A stretch of DNA of 63,205 nucleotides, filler included, from Pirum gemmata (lineage: Eukaryota): assembly GCA_002812295.1 (NCBI GenBank). It is 27 parts of 27 records of this genome, joined end to end, with 100 filler letters (N's around TTAATTAATTAA, not from the genome) between each part and the next. Parts side by side here need not be neighbours in the genome. Positions count along the whole stretch, not along the records: positions 13,787 to 16,004 come from PDIN01007788.1; positions 16,105 to 18,257 come from PDIN01007789.1; positions 18,358 to 20,555 come from PDIN01007790.1; positions 20,656 to 22,855 come from PDIN01007791.1; positions 22,956 to 25,173 come from PDIN01007792.1; positions 25,274 to 27,172 come from PDIN01007793.1; 21 more parts are not named here. One strand, written 5' to 3'. Below, piece after piece: positions 14,593 through 27,040 of the stretch. The translations under genes were made by a program, and so were the position numbers. A model generated the notes under the pieces. That model was not told the DNA's origin, ran no database searches, and worked only from the letters and a program-made list of their open reading frames with translations. Each line of letters opens with the position of its first letter. Positions within the stretch are counted from its first letter, which is position 1.

Positions 14593-14669
14593 TATATTAA
14601 TAATAATAATAATATTGCAATATAGTAATAATAATAACAATAATAATAATAATAATAATAATAATAATT

Positions 14670-15990
14670 AAAATTCTGGTTTTGAAGGTGATGCTATTTT
14701 TATTTCATCTTCCTTCAATTCTACAATACACATTTAAATTTTTGAAGTTGAAGGTTATGTTATTTTACTCTAATTCAAAATTGCACATACCATCGTATAC
14801 TTAAAAAAAAATTCTTCTGGTTTTGAAGGTGATGTTATTCTTATTTCATCTTCCTCCAATTCTACATTACACATTTAAATTTAATTATTCTGGGTTGAAG
14901 GTTATAATAGTATATTATTCATAATTTATCTTCCTTTAATTCTATATTACACATGCTATTGCATAATTAAAAAATTCTTCTGGTGTTGAAGGTGATGTTA
15001 TTCTTATTTCATCTTCCTCCAATTCTACATTACATATTTAAATTTAATTATTTCGAGGTTAAGGTTATATTATTTATGCTTTTCGTCTTCCTCTAATTCT
15101 AAATTACACATACCATTGCATTACTTAAAATTCTTCTGGGTTTGAAAGTGATGTTATTCTTATTTCATCTTCCAATTCTACATTATACAAGTACTATTAT
15201 ACATTTAAATTTCATGATTTTGAGGTTGAAGGTTATGTTATCCATCTTCCTCTAATTATAAATTACACATACCAATGCATACTTCAAATTCTTCTGGTTT
15301 TGAAGGTGATGTTATTCTTATTTCATCTTCTTCCAATTCTACATTATACATTTAAATTTCATTATTTTCAGGTTGACGATTGTGTTATCCATCTTCCTCT
15401 AATTCTAAATTACACATACCATTGTATACTTAAAATTCTTCTGGTTTTGAAGGTGATGTTATTCTTATTTCATCTTCCTCCAATTCTACATTACACTTTA
15501 AAATTTAATTATTTTGAGATCGAAGATTATGTTATTCATTTTCCTAACCATTGATACTTACAATTCTTCTGGGTTTGAAGGTGATGTTATTCTTATTTCA
15601 TCTTCCTCCAATTCTACGTTATATATTTAAATTTCATGTTTTTGAGGTTGAAGGTTATGTTATCCATCTTCCTCTAATTCTAAATTACACATACCATTGC
15701 ATACTTAAAATTCTTCTGGTTTTGAAGGTGGTGTTATTCTTATTTCATCTTCCTCCAATTCTACATTACACATTTAGATTTAATTATTTTGAGGTTGAAG
15801 GTTATGTCATTCATCTTCCTCTACTTCTAAATTACACATACCAATGCATACTTAAAATTCTTCTGGGTTTGAAGGTGGTGTTATTCTTATTTCATCTTCC
15901 TCCAATTCTACATTACACATTTGAATTTAATTATTTTGAAGTTGAAGGTTATGTTATTCATCTTCCTCTAATTCTAACTTACACATTTAG
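14670..15990. repeat. Tandem satellite, ~9 units of ~130-165 bp (best units 147 bp), each a dimer of related subunits
   Basis: aaattcttctgg(t/g)tttgaagg recurs at about 14670, 14808, 14972, 15127, 15285, 15432, 15561, 15707 and 15854. Confidence 0.9.
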
Positions 15991-16419
15991 AGAGAGAGAG
16001 AGAGNNNNNNNNNNNNNNNNNNNNNNNNNNNNNNNNNNNNNNNNNNNNTTAATTAATTAANNNNNNNNNNNNNNNNNNNNNNNNNNNNNNNNNNNNNNNN
16101 NNNNTGTTGTTTGTTGTTTGTTGTTTGTTGTCTGTTGTTTGTTGTCTGTTGTTTGTTGTTTGTTGTTTGATGTTTGGTGTTTGTTGTTGTTGTTGTTGTT
16201 GTTGCTTTTTTTGCTTTTTTATTTCGACCTTTTACAGGTCTCTGACAATGTTTGCGTGTTATTTTATTTTATTCACTAATCAAATATACAAAAAAAAGAT
16301 AATAAAAATTGGGGGGGGATCAAGAAAAATAGAGAATTTATTGTCTCGAAAACCCGTTTTTTTTAAGAAAATGTTTTTCGGGCCTGTTACAACATGCTTT
16401 GATTTTTTGATGTTTTTCG

Positions 16420-16805
16420 AGCTTGGTTTTGTAGGCTTGGTTTTGTAGCTTAGTTTTATAGGCTTGGTTTTATAGGCTTGGTTTTCTGTTGTAATAATTT
16501 TTTTTTACTTTTATTAATAGGCTTGGTTTTTTGAAGCTTGGTTTTTTGAAGCTTAGTTTTTTGAAGCTTGGTTTTCTGAAGCTTGGTTTTTTGAAGCTTG
16601 GTTTTTTGAAGCTTGGTTTTTTAAGGCTTGGTTTTTTAGGCTCGAGTAGGCTCGTATTTCTCAATTAATATAAGCTCGGTTTTTTTAGACTTAGATTTCT
16701 GTTACTATCAGCTCGGTATTCTGGTCCGATAGACTAAGCTCGGTTTTTTGTGTTTAGATAATAAGCTCGGTTTTTTGTATTTAGATGATAAGCTCGGTTT
16801 TGTTG
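16420..16805. repeat. 15-bp minisatellite (gcttggttttttgaa)n, degenerating distally
   Basis: Direct tandem copies 16520-16640 with looser copies on both sides. Confidence 0.85.
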
Positions 16806-16812
16806 TTGCTAT

Positions 16813-16871
<59 letters not shown>

Positions 16872-17302
16872 TTATGATAACCAATGAAATTGTGACTAGG
16901 TTTTGCATAAGTAACACAATTGGTTTGTTCGTTGATTTGGTTGGTTGGCTTGATTGGGTGAAAAATGAAAACAACCAATCAAATTTCAATATGTTTATTA
17001 TAATGCAAAATTATATAATAGGGGGTGAGATATCTACTGGAACTTTTTTCGAACAGATGCTTATCGAGCCTTACTACTACTACTACTACTAATAGCAGTT
17101 AAATAGCTTAAAATAGTAAATTTAATTACAGTAGTTACCAATTAAAGTAATAATAGTAATAAAAACTATAAAAATCGGAAAAGTTCTGGCTGTTCGGTAA
17201 TAATAAAATGACGTCATCTCACCTCTACTAGAAATATCCATTCCAGGTTTCTCCCAATATTTGTTTATCATCAAATAAGTTCGAAGTAGGAGGTGAAGTG
17301 CC

Positions 17303-17377
17303 AAGGGGCCATTTACTTATAGGGCTCTTTTATATCCATAATTTGACTATAAGAGCCCTATAAGTAAATGGCCCCTT
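17303..17377. mobile_element. Miniature inverted-repeat (hairpin) element, 27-bp perfect arms
   Basis: aaggggccatttacttatagggctctt ... aagagccctataagtaaatggcccctt with a 21-bp loop. Confidence 0.6.
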
Positions 17378-18372
17378 AAATTGGCACTAATTCCGACTTC
17401 TTAATAAAGGAAATTATAAACCATATATAGTAAAACATTTATAACAGTCTTAGTATAGTAACTTAAGTTTCTTTAAATAGTTTATTACTTACTATAAATA
17501 GTAAGCCACAGCCGATACAATATACACCAGATAACAGTATACAATATACACCAGATAACAGTATGAAAAATTGAAACAATATGACGTAAACATGTGTATG
17601 TTACGTCTTAATTGAGTGTGATTATGTCATTTAATAATTGCCAGTTTTGATCATTTATCATTATATGATATTATATCGTAGTTGTTAATTTAGTAGTTTG
17701 GTAAAATAGTTTGGTAAAAGTTATACCACAATCTTTGCATAGAATCTGATATGACGTTAAAACTATTCGAAAAGGTTCACAAACGCATGAACTAACGCAT
17801 ATTACTTGGCCAATTATTACCATAATGTCTATGATTATATTCTTGCTAGCTACGCTACTGAAGAATATAAGAGTTATTGTAGAATCCCTGATGGTTGAAA
17901 TTGTCAACAATAATGGATAAAATAGAAAGTGAACACAAAACGAAAACCCTAAGCTAGCTACGTCAACATTATTAATATGGTAATTATTTTTATTATAATT
18001 GTTGTTGTTATTATTAATTACTATATATTGTACATGTTGTTATTGCTATTGTTAATTAACGTTAACGTTGTTATTGCTATTGCTGCTGTTGTTATTATCA
18101 TTAATATTATTGTTGTAGTTTGTGTAGTTTGTGTACATGTTGCTGTTGCTGTTGCTGTTGCTGTTGTTGCTGTTGTTGCTGTTGTTGTTGCTGCTGCTGT
18201 TGTTGTAGTTGTTGATGTTGTTGTTCTTACAATTATTATTATTATTATTATTATTATNNNNNNNNNNNNNNNNNNNNNNNNNNNNNNNNNNNNNNNNNNN
18301 NTTAATTAATTAANNNNNNNNNNNNNNNNNNNNNNNNNNNNNNNNNNNNNNNNNNNNATATATGATCATTAC

Positions 18373-19407
18373 CTTCCATTTTAGACAATCCGTTCTCAAT
18401 GCTTTCCAACTTTTTATCGTCGATCCCGACACGAACTTCTACATACAAGCCAGTACTTTCACTATCCATTTGTATACGTTCAGAAGTTTTAAACCCTAAA
18501 CCATCAATCATACTCAAAATATCAGAGCTGCTTATCACCTGAGGATCAAAGAAAATGTCGGCGTGATGGGTTAAGAGACTAATTGACACAGAAACTATCC
18601 CGTTTGTTTCTAAAAGAAAATTTTCGATTCGAGTACTACACCCAGCACACGTCATACCGGCAATATTAGTAGACACAGCGGCTTGATCAGTAGATGTTGG
18701 TTTTATTGTGTTATTAGAATTCTCGTTTGATAAAATTAAACAACATTCTGATTTTTTAGATTTGGCTCTAGAAGAACAAGAAAACGGTTTGTTGATGACT
18801 TTAGACTTGTTATTACAGCCATCAGAACCTTGTTTTGTTTCTATATAAGTGCTTGTTACTTTAGAAGGACAACAACCTTTTTCTTCAGTTGTTGTACACT
18901 TAGAACCCTTTTTTGTTTCTGTAAAAGTGCTTGAAACTTTAGAAGGAGAACAACCTTTTTTACTTGAAACTTTAGAAGGACAACAACCTTTTTTTTCAGT
19001 TGTTGTACAATCAGAAGTACTTGAAACTTTAGAAGAACAACAACCTTTTTTTTCAGTTGTTGTACAATCAGAAGTACTTGAAACTTTAGAAGAACAACAA
19101 CCTTTTTTTTCAGTTGTTGTACAATCAGAAGTACTTGAAACTTTAGAAGAACAACAACCTTTTTTTTCAGTTGTTGTACAATCAGAAGTACTTGAAACTT
19201 TAGAAGAACAACAACCTTTTTTTTCAGTTGTTGTACAATCAGAAGTACTTGAAACTTTAGAAGAACANTTGTACAATCAGAAGTACTTGAAACTTTAGAA
19301 GAACAACAACCTTTTTTTTCAGTTGTTGTACAATCAGAACCCTTTTCTGTTTCAGTATAAGTACTTGAAACTTTAGAGGGACAACCCTTTTTTTCAGTTG
19401 TATTCAT
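18373..19407 (-). CDS. First exon of a probable copper-transporting P1B-type ATPase (ATP7/HMA5-like): Cys-rich repeat N-terminus plus HMA domain, partial
   Basis: ATG at 19407; HMA domain with GMTCAGC...IE..L....GI.SVSISL..H.A.I.FD...GLGF; then the start of a degenerate second HMA-like unit; donor ATGGAAG|GTAATG. The frame break coincides with an n at 19268. The ATPase core is not in the contig. Confidence 0.75.
18780..19400 (-). repeat. Coding 57-bp tandem repeat (TTTEKKGCCSSKVSSTSDC)
   Basis: Exact 57-bp period (ttgaaac at 19021, 19078, 19135, 19192, 19249) with diverged flanking copies. Confidence 0.95.
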
Positions 19408-20908
19408 ATTAAATTTTTTAAATATATTAATTATATCGGATAAAAAAATATGAAACAAAAATAAAATGTAGTATAGAAAAATAAACTGTAAGTTTTAATT
19501 ATTATTGTTATTATTCATTTCATTATTTTTTATTTTTATTATATTATATTGTACAAAAAATTAAGATTTTTAAATAAAAAATCAAAATTATTATTTATAT
19601 AAATGTTATTATTATTATTACGATGTGCGAAAACAACATAAATAATAAAAAATTATTATATTTATTTTTTATATTATTTTATTATTTTACTGTTTTTTTT
19701 TCTTTTTTTTTTTTTTTTTTCTATGATAGTCTACATTATGATACATTGCAGGTCTAGTCTAGACTGTAGTCTCTCACTGTAGTTTACTTGTAGATACTTC
19801 AAATTTCAACTTCAAAATTCTTGAATTCCTTGAGCTAGCTAGCTAGGTCTAGCTAGCTAGTAACTGTCTAGCTAGTAGTAGTAGTCCAGTAGTAGATAAA
19901 AATTATTTGATCATATTTTAAAAAAATGATATATCGATAGCTAGCTAGCTAGAATACTGCTAGAATTAAATCTAGAATAGCTAGTCTACCATTGGTAGTT
20001 CTGGAATTGTTCTGGAACACTTCTGGAAGCTTCTGGAACACTGAATAAACTCTGAATAACATCCTGAATAACATCTTATTTTAGACTAGAATTATTTAGG
20101 ATTTTTTATTTTATTGTCCCATCAATTAGAATAGTCGATCTGATTTGAGTAATATATTTTTTTAAAAAAAAAAATAATAATAAAACCTGACAAATAAGAA
20201 AAATACGACTTCTATAAACAACAAAAACATAATTTGGTAGGTTTAATTTCATTTTTTTTCTTTTCTTTTTCTTTTTTCCTTTTAATTTTTTTTACCAAGC
20301 TGAATAAAAATGTCTGATAAAAATGTCGACATCCGCCATAGACAATCCAAAAAATCTCAAAAATGATCCAATGTTAATGAAAGTACTACCAAATTTTGAG
20401 AAATCTTTTAACTGAGATAACTATTATGAACTAATTGCTATTTTTTTTAAAATTAAGTATTAAGGATTTTAGAAGGAAGTCTAAAAAAAAAATTTATAGT
20501 CTACAATTTTATCCTAGCAATTTTATCCGGCTTCAAAAAAAAAAAAAAAAAAAAANNNNNNNNNNNNNNNNNNNNNNNNNNNNNNNNNNNNNNNNNNNNT
20601 TAATTAATTAANNNNNNNNNNNNNNNNNNNNNNNNNNNNNNNNNNNNNNNNNNNNTATTATATATTATGATTATTATGATTATTATTATTATTATTATTA
20701 TATATTATGATTATGATTATATATTAGATATTATTATTATTATTAAATATTATTATTATCAGATATTATTATTATTATTAACGATTGTCGTATTCGAAAT
20801 CAATAAATAATATCGTATTTGGTTTTTTTTGTTTCATTAGCTCTATTTTCATATTTATTTACATATTTTCTTCTCTTTATTCTTTCTTTTGTGTTTTGAA
20901 AATTACAG

Positions 20909-22692
20909 AAAGATAAAAGTGCAGAAGAATTACAAACAAAGGATAAAAAAACAAAAAAGATAAAGAAAAAGTCCAAAGATGGTAAAGATGACGAGGAAAA
21001 AGAAGAAATAAAAACTGTTCCCTATTTAAAATTATATAGGTTTGCTACAAATTGGGATCTATTTTTGATTTTCGTCGGTGTTATTAGTGCTGCAGCACAT
21101 GGTGCGGCCCAACCTGTCTTTACCATTTTCTTTGGTGAAATTATTGATAGTTTTGGTGGTTCTCAGGCAGATCTTGTTGCGAGTGTACAAAAAAATTGTT
21201 TGTACTTCGTTTATTTAGGTCTTGCAGTTCTGGTTACTTCGTATTTACAAGTAGCGTGTTTTATTACTGCCGCTTCCAATCAATCACATCGTATGCGTTT
21301 TGCTTATTTTGACTCTTTATTGCGACAAGATCAAAGTTGGTATGACACTATAAATTCAGGTGAACTAACTGCCAGAGTAGCTACTGATGTAGCCAAGGTA
21401 GAACAAGGTCTTGCCGATAAAGTAGGCAGTTTTGTTCAATACATGGCCATGTGCATTGGGGGTATTATTGTTGGTTTTGTGAAAGGTTGGCAATTGACTT
21501 TGGTCATTTTTGCTGTTTCACCATTGTTGGTGATTGGGGGCGCGGTTATGGGAATGTTGCTTGGTAATGCAACTGCTGATGGTCAAAAAGCCTACAGTAA
21601 AGCAGATGGTGTAGCGAATGAAGTTTTTTCACTATTTCGCACTGTTGTTGCTTTCTCTGGCGAAGAAGAAGAGACTAAAAGATATGAAAAAGAACTCGAG
21701 ACAGCTTACAGTTTTGGCGTCAGAAAATCGTTGATTTCAGGTGTTGGTATGGGGTTTACTATGGGTATCATTGTTCTGGTTTACGCTTTAGGGTTTTGGG
21801 TCGGTTATGAATTTATTAAAAAGGGATGGCAGACTCCTGGTGAAGTTTTAACTACATTTTTTGCATGTATTATTGGAGCTATGGCTGTTGGGCAAGCTGC
21901 TCCAAATATTACTGCCATGGCCACGGCCCAAGGCTCGGCTCATTTTATTTTTGAAGTGATTGATAGACAATCTGAAATTGATCAGCTTTCGGGAGAAGGT
22001 ATTGTTCCTGAATCTGGTGATGAAAATGTAAAAGGGGAAATTAAATTCGATAAAGTGCTTTTTGAATATAAAAAAGATACCCCTGTCTTGAAAAATATGA
22101 ATTTTGAGTTGAATGCTGGCGAAACCTTGGCTTTGATTGGACAATCAGGCTGTGGTAAATCGACTACTGTTCAATTATTGGAGAGATTTTATAATGCCAC
22201 CGAAGGTGTTTGTACAATGGATGGAATTGATATATCAAAATTGAATATACAGTGGTTTAGATCGCAAGTGGGAATTGTCAGTCAAATGCCTACTCTGTTT
22301 GCCGGTACTATTGGGGAAAACATTGCTTTAGGTATCGGTTACCATTTAAACCCTAAATTTGACCAAAGTCATCCTGAATCATTGTTCAATCGTCGTTTTA
22401 TTCAAAAAGAGGTTACCGACGAAATGATTCATGAAGCTGCTAAAAAAGCGAATGCTTATAATTTCATTATGAAAATGCCTGCTGGATTTGATACCGTCAT
22501 TGGAGCGCGAGGTGCACAGTTAAGTGGGGGCCAGAAGCAACGTATTGCTATTGCTCGTGCTTTAGTACGTAACCCTAAAGTGTTGCTTTTGGATGAAGCT
22601 ACTAGTGCATTGGATAGTGAAAGTGAACGGGTTGTTCAAGCAGCTCTTGAAAAAGCAAGTGAGGGAAGAACCTGTATTGTAATTGCTCACAG
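20909..22692 (+). CDS. ABCB1: ABC transporter subfamily B (MDR/P-glycoprotein), exon encoding TMD1 and NBD1, partial
   Basis: In-frame acceptor tacag|AAA gives ...VPYLKLYRFATNWD; TM helices; Walker A GQSGCGKST, signature LSGGQKQRIAIARAL, Walker B LLLDEATSALD, H-loop IAHR ending at donor cag|gtaaag. Confidence 0.95.
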
Positions 22693-23990
22693 GTAAAGCA
22701 ATCATTAATCATTAATCATTAGTATCCTTTCATTTCATATGTTATTATTATTTTCATTATTATTATCATTATTTGTTATTGTTATTATTTGTTATCATTA
22801 TTATTAATTATTACTATTATTATTTATTAATTATAACTATTATTATTTATTATTTNNNNNNNNNNNNNNNNNNNNNNNNNNNNNNNNNNNNNNNNNNNNT
22901 TAATTAATTAANNNNNNNNNNNNNNNNNNNNNNNNNNNNNNNNNNNNNNNNNNNNGTTATAATAATATATTTTTTTCGCTATGTGTGGGGGGAGTGCGGG
23001 GAAAGTTGAAATATACTTTAGTCCCTATATAATAGTAATAGTAATAGTAATAGTAATAGTAATAGTAATAGTAATAGTAATGGTAATGGTAATAGTAATA
23101 GTAATAGTAATAGTAATAGTAGTAGTAGTAGTAGTAGTAATAGTAATAGTAATGGTAATGGTAATGGTAATAATAGTAATAATAGTAATAGTAACAGTAA
23201 CAGTAATAGCAATAGTAGTAGCAATAGTAGTAGCAATAGTAATATTAATAGTAATAGTAATGGTGATAGTAATAGTAATGGTAATAGTAATAGTAATAGT
23301 AATAGTAATGATAAAATTTATACTAATACTAATACTAATACTAAAAATAATGATAAAATAAAAAAAATACTTTATGGGCTCGTCAACAACTAGTAGATTA
23401 CATTGACTTAGGGACAGTTTTATCACAGGAGATGAATTTAACATAGTAATAGTGATAGTTATAATAGTAATAGCAATAGTAATAGTAATAGTGATAGTGA
23501 TAGTAATATTGATAGTAATAGTAATAGTAATAATAGTAGTAATAGTAATAGTAATAGTAACAGTAATATTAATAGTAATCTTAAATAGTAATAATAATAG
23601 TAATAGTAAATAGTAATAGTAATAGTAATAGTAATAGTAATAGTAATAGTAATAGTAATAGTAATAGTAAATAGTAAAATAATGATAATGATAAAATTTA
23701 TACTAATACTAATACTAATAATAATAATAATAATAATAACAATAAAATTTATACTAATACTAATACTAATACTAATTGTATTACTAATACTAATTGTATT
23801 ACTAATACTAATAGTAATAATAGTAATGATAATAATAATAATAATAAAATTTATACTAATACTAATATTAATACTAATTGTAATACTAATACTAATATTA
23901 ATAATAATGATAAAATAAAAATATTAGTTTATGGGCTCATCCGCAACTCGTAGATTACATTGACTTAGAGAAAGTTTTATTACCTGAATA

Positions 23991-24021
<31 letters not shown>

Positions 24022-24753
24022 AATTCATACTAATACTAATACTAATACTAATTGTATTACTAGTACCAATAGTAATAATAGTAATAATAATAGTAATAAT
24101 AAAAAAAATTATACTAATACTAATACTAATACTAATACTAATTGTAATACTAATGCTAATACTAATAATAATGATAAAATAAAATAATTAGTTTATGGGC
24201 TCATCTGCAACTCGTAGATTACATTGACTTAGGGGCAGTTTTATCTCCCGAATAATAGTAATAATAATAGTAATAATAATAATAAAATTTATTATATAGT
24301 TATAGTTATAATAGTAATAGCAATAGTATTAGTGATAGTGATAGTGATAGTGATAGTGATAGTAATAGTGATAGTAATAGTAATAGTAAATAGTAATAGT
24401 AATAGTAATAGTAATAGTAATAGTAATAGTAATAGTAAATAGTAATATTAATATTAATTCTAAATAGTAATAGTAATAGTAATAGTAAATAGTAATGGTA
24501 ATAGTAATAGTAATCGTAATCGTAACCGTAATTGTAAATAGTAATAGTAATAGTAATAGTAATAGTAATAGTAATGGTAATAGTAATAATTATAATAATA
24601 GTAGTAGTAATAGTAGTAATAGTAGTAATAGTAGTAATAGTAATAATAGTAATAATAATAATAATAATAATAAAACTTATGCTAATACTAATACTCATAC
24701 TAATTGCATTACTAATACTAATACTAATAATAATGATAAAATAAAATAATTAG

Positions 24754-24849
24754 TTTATGGGCTCATCCGCAACTCGTTGGTTACATTGACGTAGGAACAG
24801 TTTTATCGCCTGTTATCACAAGAGATGAATTTAAAACCTCTAAATCAAG
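24754..24849 (+). CDS. Probable 96-nt symmetric internal exon (LWAHPQLVGYIDVGTVLSPVITRDEFKTSKS), gene unknown
   Basis: Acceptor aattag|T, donor caag|gtatga, open frame and GC-richer than the surrounding microsatellite. Confidence 0.45.
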
Positions 24850-25286
24850 GTATGAACCCTAACCCTAACCCTAACCCTAACCCTAACCCTAACCCTAACC
24901 CTAACCCTAACCCTAACCCTAACCCTAACCTCTAAAGCAAGGAAAATATTTATTAGTGTAATTACTATTTGTATTTTTTTTAGTTAGAGTCAGGGTTAGG
25001 TTTAGGTTTAAGTTTAGTTTAGGGTTAGGGTTAGGGTTAGGGGTAAGGGTAAGGTTTTTATTGATGTTAATGTTAGAGTTGGTGTACAGTTATTATTTGT
25101 AGTATTAGTATTAGTATTAGTATTAGTATTAGTATTAGTATTAGTGTTAGTGTTAGTGTTAGTGTTAGGTTAGNNNNNNNNNNNNNNNNNNNNNNNNNNN
25201 NNNNNNNNNNNNNNNNNTTAATTAATTAANNNNNNNNNNNNNNNNNNNNNNNNNNNNNNNNNNNNNNNNNNNNTTACACTCTTTAA

Positions 25287-26283
25287 TTAATACATTAATT
25301 TATCAGTAAACGATATCCATGTTCTTCTGTTAAAACCATATCTGGGATCTAAATCAATTATTAATACTTTACCAATAATATTAACATTTTTGTGAGCAAT
25401 AACAATGGCAAACCATTTGAGTCTTAATTTTATCAATTGATATTCCAACTTTTCTATACCCAACTCATTGCGAACATAAGAACTTGAAGTTGTATCACTA
25501 CAACCCAATATCCATTTCAACCCACATAATTGTAAACTCTCTAGCTTTTTAAGTTGTACCGCATCACACCACCAAATTTCACAACTATAGGTAATTATAG
25601 GCTTAAAATGATATTATTCCAGATATTTAACTTTGTCATACTAAATCAATTTGACTATTTCTGAAAATTAAAAACTTCCGATTATTAATTTTAGTTGGCA
25701 CCTTATCTACTATATGATCAATATGACTATCCTATTTCCAGTAGGGATTAACCCATAATCCCAAATACTTAAATTTGTCAACAAAAGGCTAATTATTTTC
25801 CGGAAAGTTATCAATATATTGCTGAATTAAATTATTTCTAACCCCATCTTTTTGAACAACTATCATAATCCCGCTCTTTTTGAAATTAATTTCAAGTCTC
25901 CATTTTTTACAAAATGAAACTAAGCAATTAATGAGTTTATCCAAATCATTATCATTAACAGCAACTAAGGCGATATCAACCGCATATAACAAATATCGAA
26001 TAACAGAACATAATTCATCCTCAGATAAATCTAAATTTAAACTATTAATAATATCATCAATAATTAAACTATTAAAATTAATAAAAATTTTAAATAAAGT
26101 AGGAGATAAAACATCACCCCGTCTCACACCAATTATAACATCAAACATATCACAGTCTTCACCATCAACCAAAACTGTACTGCGATTATTTTTATACATC
26201 TGCCTAATAACACGCCACAATCTGCCTTTAATACTGCATTCAAATAGTTTAACCCATAAACCTTCTCTCCACACTCTATCAAA
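25287..26283 (-). pseudogene. Degenerate non-LTR (LINE) reverse transcriptase fragment
   Basis: FDRVWREGLWVKL, GVRRGDVLSPTLFKIFIN, LLYAVDIAL (degenerate YADD), KWRLEINFKKS, downstream KYLG; broken by stops and frameshifts. Confidence 0.85.
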
Positions 26284-26344
26284 AAAAAAAAGTGCAACAG
26301 GAGATAACTTAACTTACAGTACACTAGCTAGTCTAGCATACTGC

Positions 26345-27040
26345 ACAGCAGAAATATACGAGGATTTAGCAAAAACTTTTGATACTCCATTCTCAATGGT
26401 ATAGTACCAAAACAATGGAAACATGGGATGATTATTTTATTTCCGAAACCACAAACAAATCCACAAGATTGCAACAATTATAGGCCAATAAGTCTATTAC
26501 CGACAATATCAAAAGTTCTAAAAATTCTTATTAAAAACAGACTGCTAACCTCTTCTTGGAAGCCAATAATATAATTAGCACTGCACAATCAGGTTTCATG
26601 GCAAAACGACGAACCTGGGATTCATTATTCCAAATTACTCAACTTGGCAAACAGGATATTTGATATTGAAAAAGCTTTTGACAAATTATGGCACAAAGGA
26701 CTACTCCAAAAACTAGACCGATACAAGATACCAAACTATCTCGGCCACTGGATAAGTGATTATCTAACAAACAGAACCTATCAAACCAGCTAAAAAGGAG
26801 CAACCTCAAAAATAAATGATATAAACACAGGTGTACCACAAGGGTCAATACTTGGCCCAATACTCTTTGCATTATTCATCAATGACCTCCCCGATATGGT
26901 GCAGCAAAACAGCACTTTGAGCTCGGCACTCTTTGCAGATGATGCATCCTTCTATGGTGTATTTCGCACTTCACAACAAGCACAGCAGCAAACTCAAACA
27001 GCCTTAGATAACATTTACAAATGGATGGAGAAATAGAAAA
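26345..27040 (+). pseudogene. Second degenerate LINE reverse transcriptase fragment, opposite orientation
   Basis: VPKQWKHGMIILFPKP, NYRPISLLPTISKVL, QSGF, FDIEKAFD, GVPQGSILGPILFALFINDLP and LFADDA spread over shifted frames. Confidence 0.88.

Noticed and set aside
16470..16664. (KKPSF)n peptide ORF
   Set aside because: Product of a 15-bp minisatellite with a non-ATG start and no splice support.
18849..19298. Plus-strand repeat ORF (LETLEEQQPFFSVVVQSEV)n
   Set aside because: Antisense shadow of the 57-bp coding repeat; the minus strand continues into a clear HMA domain.
23370..23444. Walker-B-like CNLLVVDEP on the minus strand
   Set aside because: No other ATPase motifs nearby; splice signals favour the plus-strand reading.
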